Assembly (NCBI GenBank): GCA_965223325.1
Contig: CBDCWI010000001.1
Coordinates: 352,001 to 416,000, forward strand
Reading direction: 5' to 3'
Length of the DNA: 64,000 nucleotides
Source of the DNA: Candidatus Multivoradales bacterium
GTDB taxonomy: Bacteria > Acidobacteriota > Thermoanaerobaculia > Multivoradales > Multivoraceae
A program made the translations under genes and the position numbers. Under the pieces are notes generated by a model. It ran no database searches, was not told the DNA's origin, and worked only from the letters and a program-made list of their open reading frames with translations. Shown piece by piece: positions 59,895 through 64,000 of the stretch (the first letter of the stretch is position 1; every line of letters begins with the position of its first letter).

Positions 59895-61292
59895 TCAGTC
59901 GCCACCGCCGGCTGCGGACACCTCGGCAGTCGCAACCGCACTGCCGGACGCGCCTTCACTGGGAGTTGCGCTCTCCGAGTAGTCAATGAAGCCGATCATC
60001 ATTTCGTCGGTCGTGGGGCCATTGAAGCGTACCGAACGACCAGTATCGATATCGAGCGAGGTGACTTTGTTGCGCTCCTCGGTGTTGGTGAACGTCATCG
60101 TCACCTCGATGCGGGTTCCGGCGGGAAACTTCTTCGGCTGCTTGAGGTTGTAGATCGTCTGCCAGTTCCAGTCGTAGCTGGGAACGTGGAGGAGCAGCTC
60201 TTCTCGGCCATCCGGGTAGTGCGCGACGTAACGCGCCGCCTGCCCGCGGAGATGCATGTGCGGAAGGTACGAGTAGATCGTGATCGGCTCATCGAAGGTG
60301 GTTGCAGCGCCGACCACCCACTCCTCGGCGTTGGGGGGAATCTCGAAGTAGCGATTGCCGATGCCATGGAACTGCGCCACCTCACGCACCGGGGCGTCTT
60401 CCGGGTGGAACTTGATCGCCATCTGCGAGCGATCGAACAGCCCCGTCCCCGCACCGGGCTCCTTGTTGTAGTGCATCTGCAGGTAGATCTGGGTATCCGG
60501 AACCAGCAGCCGGCCGACGCCATCGGGGAACTGGAACGGTTCACTGCCCGGTGCGATGCCACCGATCATGCCCGAGGCTCCCGGAGTCTCGGCAGTCGCG
60601 GCGCGCTTGCTCGCGATGATGTGGTGGACGATGTCGCTGCCAGCGCGGAACTCGACCGCCTTGATGTAGCGCGGCCGCGGCAGCATCTCTTTGGTGATCA
60701 GCTGTGCCGGCAGGCTGATGTTCAAGTCGACGACGTCATCGCCGACCCAGAAGGGCTCTTGGAGGTCGATGACCAGGTCGGGCTCGCCGATCAACCAACC
60801 CTGGTGATCGCTCCAGGAGCGCGCCGGTGGAGCCTTGTTGACATCGCCGGCCGGCGCGCCAGACTCGACCCACTTGATGATCGTCGCCTTCTCGACCTCG
60901 CTCAGGCGGCGCTCGTTTTGAAACTGGCCTCGGGTGTGGTCGCTGGCGAACCAGGGCGGCATCGAGCCTTCGCTCACCTGGCGAGCGATCGACTTGGCCC
61001 ACGGCCGCACCTGGCCGTAGTCAACCAGCGGCATCGGAGCCCGCATGCCGCCGAAGTCAGCCCCCTCCGGTCGATGGCAACCCTGGCACTCGCGTTGGAG
61101 AATCGACTCCACATGCTCGTGGAAAGTCACCGTGGCCGGAACTTCGGACAGAACCGTTGCCGGTTCGCTGGCCGCCGCACCACTGGCGGTCCCTAACCAC
61201 AACGCAACGCCGGCGATGAAAACCAGGCAGAGGAGTTTCTGCCTGTTCTCTCGGAGAATGGGGTTTCGGGGAGTGGCAGTGCTTTGGCTCAT
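59895..61292 (-). CDS. Secreted cytochrome c / copper type II monooxygenase fusion (paralog 2)
   Basis: CQGCH, MPPW, VHHII, QMHYN, PHMHLRG, YDWNWQ, DEMM; GAGGAG RBS. Confidence 0.8.
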   Translation of the reverse strand: MSQSTATPRNPILRENRQKLLCLVFIAGVALWLGTASGAAASEPATVLSEVPATVTFHEHVESILQRECQGCHRPEGADFGGMRAPMPLVDYGQVRPWAKSIARQVSEGSMPPWFASDHTRGQFQNERRLSEVEKATIIKWVESGAPAGDVNKAPPARSWSDHQGWLIGEPDLVIDLQEPFWVGDDVVDLNISLPAQLITKEMLPRPRYIKAVEFRAGSDIVHHIIASKRAATAETPGASGMIGGIAPGSEPFQFPDGVGRLLVPDTQIYLQMHYNKEPGAGTGLFDRSQMAIKFHPEDAPVREVAQFHGIGNRYFEIPPNAEEWVVGAATTFDEPITIYSYLPHMHLRGQAARYVAHYPDGREELLLHVPSYDWNWQTIYNLKQPKKFPAGTRIEVTMTFTNTEERNKVTSLDIDTGRSVRFNGPTTDEMMIGFIDYSESATPSEGASGSAVATAEVSAAGGGD

Positions 61293-61416
61293 GGGAGGCT
61301 CCTCGATGAATCGAGCGTCTCCCATCCGACCGGGGCGGATCGCCCCGCCCGCGTGGGCCCCACTCTGGCTTCGTGTCCTTCTGGGCCAGGGCGTCGTAGG
61401 GGCGCTCGGTGAGGCC

Positions 61417-61445
61417 ATTGTAGACCGCACCCGCGAGGCAGGCAA
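61417..61445 (-). promoter_or_regulatory. Sigma70-type promoter of the monooxygenase-ROK unit
   Basis: TTGCCT-17 nt-TACAAT on the minus strand. Confidence 0.55.
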
Positions 61446-61534
61446 AAGCGCTGCGATTGAACCCTCGAGCGCGCCGCCCTGGGTCGGGCTGCGCTCCTTC
61501 TTGTCGGGGAAGTGTTCTTGGCGGGAAGTGCCGA

Positions 61535-61575
61535 ACAGTGCGCCGACAGTGCGCCCACAGTGCGCAACAGTGCCA
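61535..61575. repeat. Four phased ACAGTGC direct repeats
   Basis: Starts at 61535, 61546, 61557 and 61567 (spacing 11, 11, 10). Confidence 0.85.
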
Positions 61576-61835
61576 GCGTGCGAGAAGCTCCCTGGAAGAG
61601 AGAACTCCCTGAAAGAGAGCCTCCCGGGGGAGGCTGCGGGTGGGCCCGCACGACCGTGAAGAGGAAACCAAGCTGGGGGGTTGAGAGGGATTATCCGCGG
61701 CCTTCCCGAGACCTCCAAATAGCTATCGAAGCTTTGCCGGGAAAGTCACCCAGATCCGTCGAGAAAACTGCAAGAGGGGGTCCGGCGGGACTAGAAAACG
61801 CAGTCTCGTGCTACTCCAGAAGCCCCCGGAAGAGG

Positions 61836-62108
61836 CTACTCGGCCTCCGCCTCCGGTGGCCGCGCCACGATCCGGTCGACCGCGTGAACCGGCGCATTCT
61901 CGCCAGCCATCAGGTGGGCGATTGCCTTGAGCACCAGGCGCTGACGAGCAAGCGTGCGCTGGCCCTCGAAGACCTCCGAGATGACCCGGATTTCGAAGTG
62001 GCCACCCATCCCATCGACGGCGATCTCCGCCTCTGGAAAGGCCTCGCGGAGCGCTTCTTCGAGGAGGCCGGCGGTTTCTTGGGCGGGCCGATTGATCTTG
62101 ATGCTCAT
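61836..62108 (-). CDS. bolA: BolA/IbaG family protein
   Basis: GGHFEIRVISEVFEG.RTLARQRLV...VHAV; next to the Grx4 gene. Confidence 0.88.
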   Translation of the reverse strand: MSIKINRPAQETAGLLEEALREAFPEAEIAVDGMGGHFEIRVISEVFEGQRTLARQRLVLKAIAHLMAGENAPVHAVDRIVARPPEAEAE

Positions 62109-62138
62109 GGTCCTGTGGAGGCGGCTCCGTTCCTCCCG

Positions 62139-63071
62139 TCAGTAGGTCGGAACGTCGTGATCGACTTCACGCGCCCAGGCGTCGATGCCACCCGAGAGGT
62201 TGTGAATGTCGCTGAAACCGCGCTGCTTGAATCGCTCGGCGAGCGCCTGAGAGCGCGCCCCCTTATGACAGTGAAACACCAGCGTCGCATCCCTCGGCAG
62301 CGCCTCGAGCTCACGCAGCACAGCCTCGCTGATGAGCTCGGCACCGGCGATCGATGCGGTCGCGTGTTCTTCCTCGGTCCGAACGTCGATCAAGCGGTGC
62401 GCGCGACCCTCGCGGCGCCATGCCTCGAGCTCGGCTACCTTGAGCTGCGGAACGGAAAGGTCGGGCGCATTCGGGTTCTGGATACGCAGTGCCATCCCCT
62501 GGGGCGTGTCCTGGACGTCGAGGAGCAGACCGGCTGCCCGAACTGCGCTGTCGCGATCGAGCAGGACTCGAACCCCATTGTTCTCTGCCGCGACCTCGCT
62601 GCCATCTGCGGGGCCAAAGAAGAGCATGTTGCGGTAGAGAGCATCAATGCCGAGATGGAGTTCACCATCCTGCTGCGCCGCCGCCTCGGTGAGGGCCTCG
62701 CGAGCAGCGTCGGTGATGGTGATCTCGGGCGGCGCGGCGGGAGGTGGGGAGATCCCCAGGACCTCGTGTAGCTCGCCGTTGCCGTACATCTCTGTTACCA
62801 CGTCACAGCCACCCTGGAACTCGCCGGCCACGTAGAGCTGGGGAATCGTTGGCCAGTCCGAGAAGACCTTGATGCCCTCGCGGACCTCCATGTCGGCAAG
62901 CACGTCAACGGTTCGGTAGTCGGGCAGAACTCGGTCGAGGATCTGGACGACCCGCGCCGAGAAGCCGCACTGCGGCTGGTCGCGGTTGCCCTTCATGAAG
63001 AGCACAACGGGCGCCGAGTCGACGATCGACTGCAGCTGCTCCTGGATCTGGGAATCGGGGGTCACGAACAT
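62139..63071 (-). CDS. grxD: Monothiol glutaredoxin Grx4 fused to a Cys-less A-type-carrier-like domain and a rhodanese domain
   Basis: LFMKG..PQCGFS, WPTIPQLY, GGCD; ITITDAA...NPNA domain; IDVRT...CHKGARS...GGIDAW. Confidence 0.88.
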   Translation of the reverse strand: MFVTPDSQIQEQLQSIVDSAPVVLFMKGNRDQPQCGFSARVVQILDRVLPDYRTVDVLADMEVREGIKVFSDWPTIPQLYVAGEFQGGCDVVTEMYGNGELHEVLGISPPPAAPPEITITDAAREALTEAAAQQDGELHLGIDALYRNMLFFGPADGSEVAAENNGVRVLLDRDSAVRAAGLLLDVQDTPQGMALRIQNPNAPDLSVPQLKVAELEAWRREGRAHRLIDVRTEEEHATASIAGAELISEAVLRELEALPRDATLVFHCHKGARSQALAERFKQRGFSDIHNLSGGIDAWAREVDHDVPTY

Positions 63072-63338
63072 CTCTCCTATGAATCAGCGGCGCGGGGCTC
63101 ACTGTCGCCACCGGCGGGGCGCAACTGCCCGCGATCTTAGGCCATCGGGCAGCGGCGTGCTGACCCCCTTTAGAAGGCCCCGATCGTCAGGTCCCGCGGC
63201 GCCTTTCACCTGTTTCAGACCGACCGCAGACATGCCGTTTCTTGTCACCTGGACGCTCATCGGGGCACTTCCACGGCATCGTCGATCTAAAAGAATCGAT
63301 CATCCATACCTTTAAAACTTGTTTTCTTATCTTTTCTG

Positions 63339-63355
63339 TTGGTATTCTCTTTGCT
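63339..63355 (+). promoter_or_regulatory. Probable sigma54 promoter of pilin gene
   Basis: TTGGTATTCTCTTTGCT (GG-N10-GC) preceded by an AT-rich tract. Confidence 0.55.
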
Positions 63356-63421
63356 TCTGAAGGACCCGCCGGTTCTCTTGCCCAGCACCCCTCCCAATCC
63401 GGCACATCAACAAGGACTTCC

Positions 63422-63952
63422 ATGATGCGCGTTCCCCGCCCCGCCAGCCGAAAACAAGGTGGCTTCACCCTGATCGAGCTGCTCGTCGTCGTCGCCGTGA
63501 TCGGCATCATCGCCTCGATCATGATCCCCAGCTTGATGTCCGCGATCCAGAAAGCCAAGCAGAAGCGCACCATCGCCGATATCAAGCTGATCGGCAACGC
63601 CTGGATGGGCTGGTTGACCGATGAGGTCGGGGCCGCAGCGGCCGGCGCGCCCCAGCAGTTCGAATGGGACCAGTTCACCCAGAAGACGGTGCCCGAAATG
63701 CAATCGCTCTTGATCCCCCAGTACATGACCGAGATTCCTACCAGGGATGGCTGGCGCCAGACCTACGGCTTCGGCATCGCCAGTGATCTCGAATCGCCGA
63801 TACCGATGGCGGTGCGCTCGAGCGGTTCGGACCATGAGTGGGAGGGCGACACCTACACCACCGGACCCTTCCCCGCCAACCGGTTCAGGAAGGACATCGT
63901 CTGGGCGGGTGGCTACTTCGTCCGCTGGCCAGAGGAAAGCAAAAAGGAGTAG
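63422..63952 (+). CDS. Type IV pilin / type II secretion pseudopilin (GspG-like)
   Basis: Prepilin cleavage motif G|FTLIELLVVVAVIGII; DGWRQTY, SSGSD. Confidence 0.9.
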   Translation: MMRVPRPASRKQGGFTLIELLVVVAVIGIIASIMIPSLMSAIQKAKQKRTIADIKLIGNAWMGWLTDEVGAAAAGAPQQFEWDQFTQKTVPEMQSLLIPQYMTEIPTRDGWRQTYGFGIASDLESPIPMAVRSSGSDHEWEGDTYTTGPFPANRFRKDIVWAGGYFVRWPEESKKE

Positions 63953-64000
63953 CTGGGCTCGTGGTCTTGGCGGCCTCTGTAGAGCGGTCCAAGGTTGGAA

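Noticed and set aside
61293-61718. N-terminal extensions of ORF-track calls (also at 6351-6470, 22605-23171, 27534-27935 and 32199-32666)
   Set aside because: Downstream starts have an RBS, signal peptide or family-typical N-terminus; the extensions overlap other genes or promoters.

Overview
High-GC bacterial chromosomal window with about 50 tightly packed genes. No rRNA, tRNA, CRISPR array, transposase or prophage was recognised. An orphan ADOP-type permease, the pilin style and the secreted-protein content suggest Acidobacteriota, possibly Thermoanaerobaculia (inference). Main content: a glutathione locus (cyanobacterial-type gshA, chaC, gshB, gor); hflX; ABC systems; a PQQ dehydrogenase; two hybrid histidine kinases; a beta-oxidation operon; a ynb-like phospholipid operon; a MoxR/DUF58/VWA operon; bolA beside a Grx4-ATC-rhodanese fusion; and a sigma54-type pilin gene. 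Most notable signals: (1) the ORF track splits an AhpD-like gene at an in-frame TGA that sits in the CxxC position (C-H-Y-U) and is followed by a SECIS-like hairpin, which points to a hidden selenoprotein at 18145-18726; (2) two paralogous secreted cytochrome c / PHM-type dicopper monooxygenase fusions flank a ROK kinase; (3) several structured or repeated intergenic elements, including a candidate RNA of about 180-200 nt at 31268-31464 and a 201-bp-period repeat centred in a zone of strong, gene-independent strand skew. All calls come from motif recognition by eye; no database searches were run.
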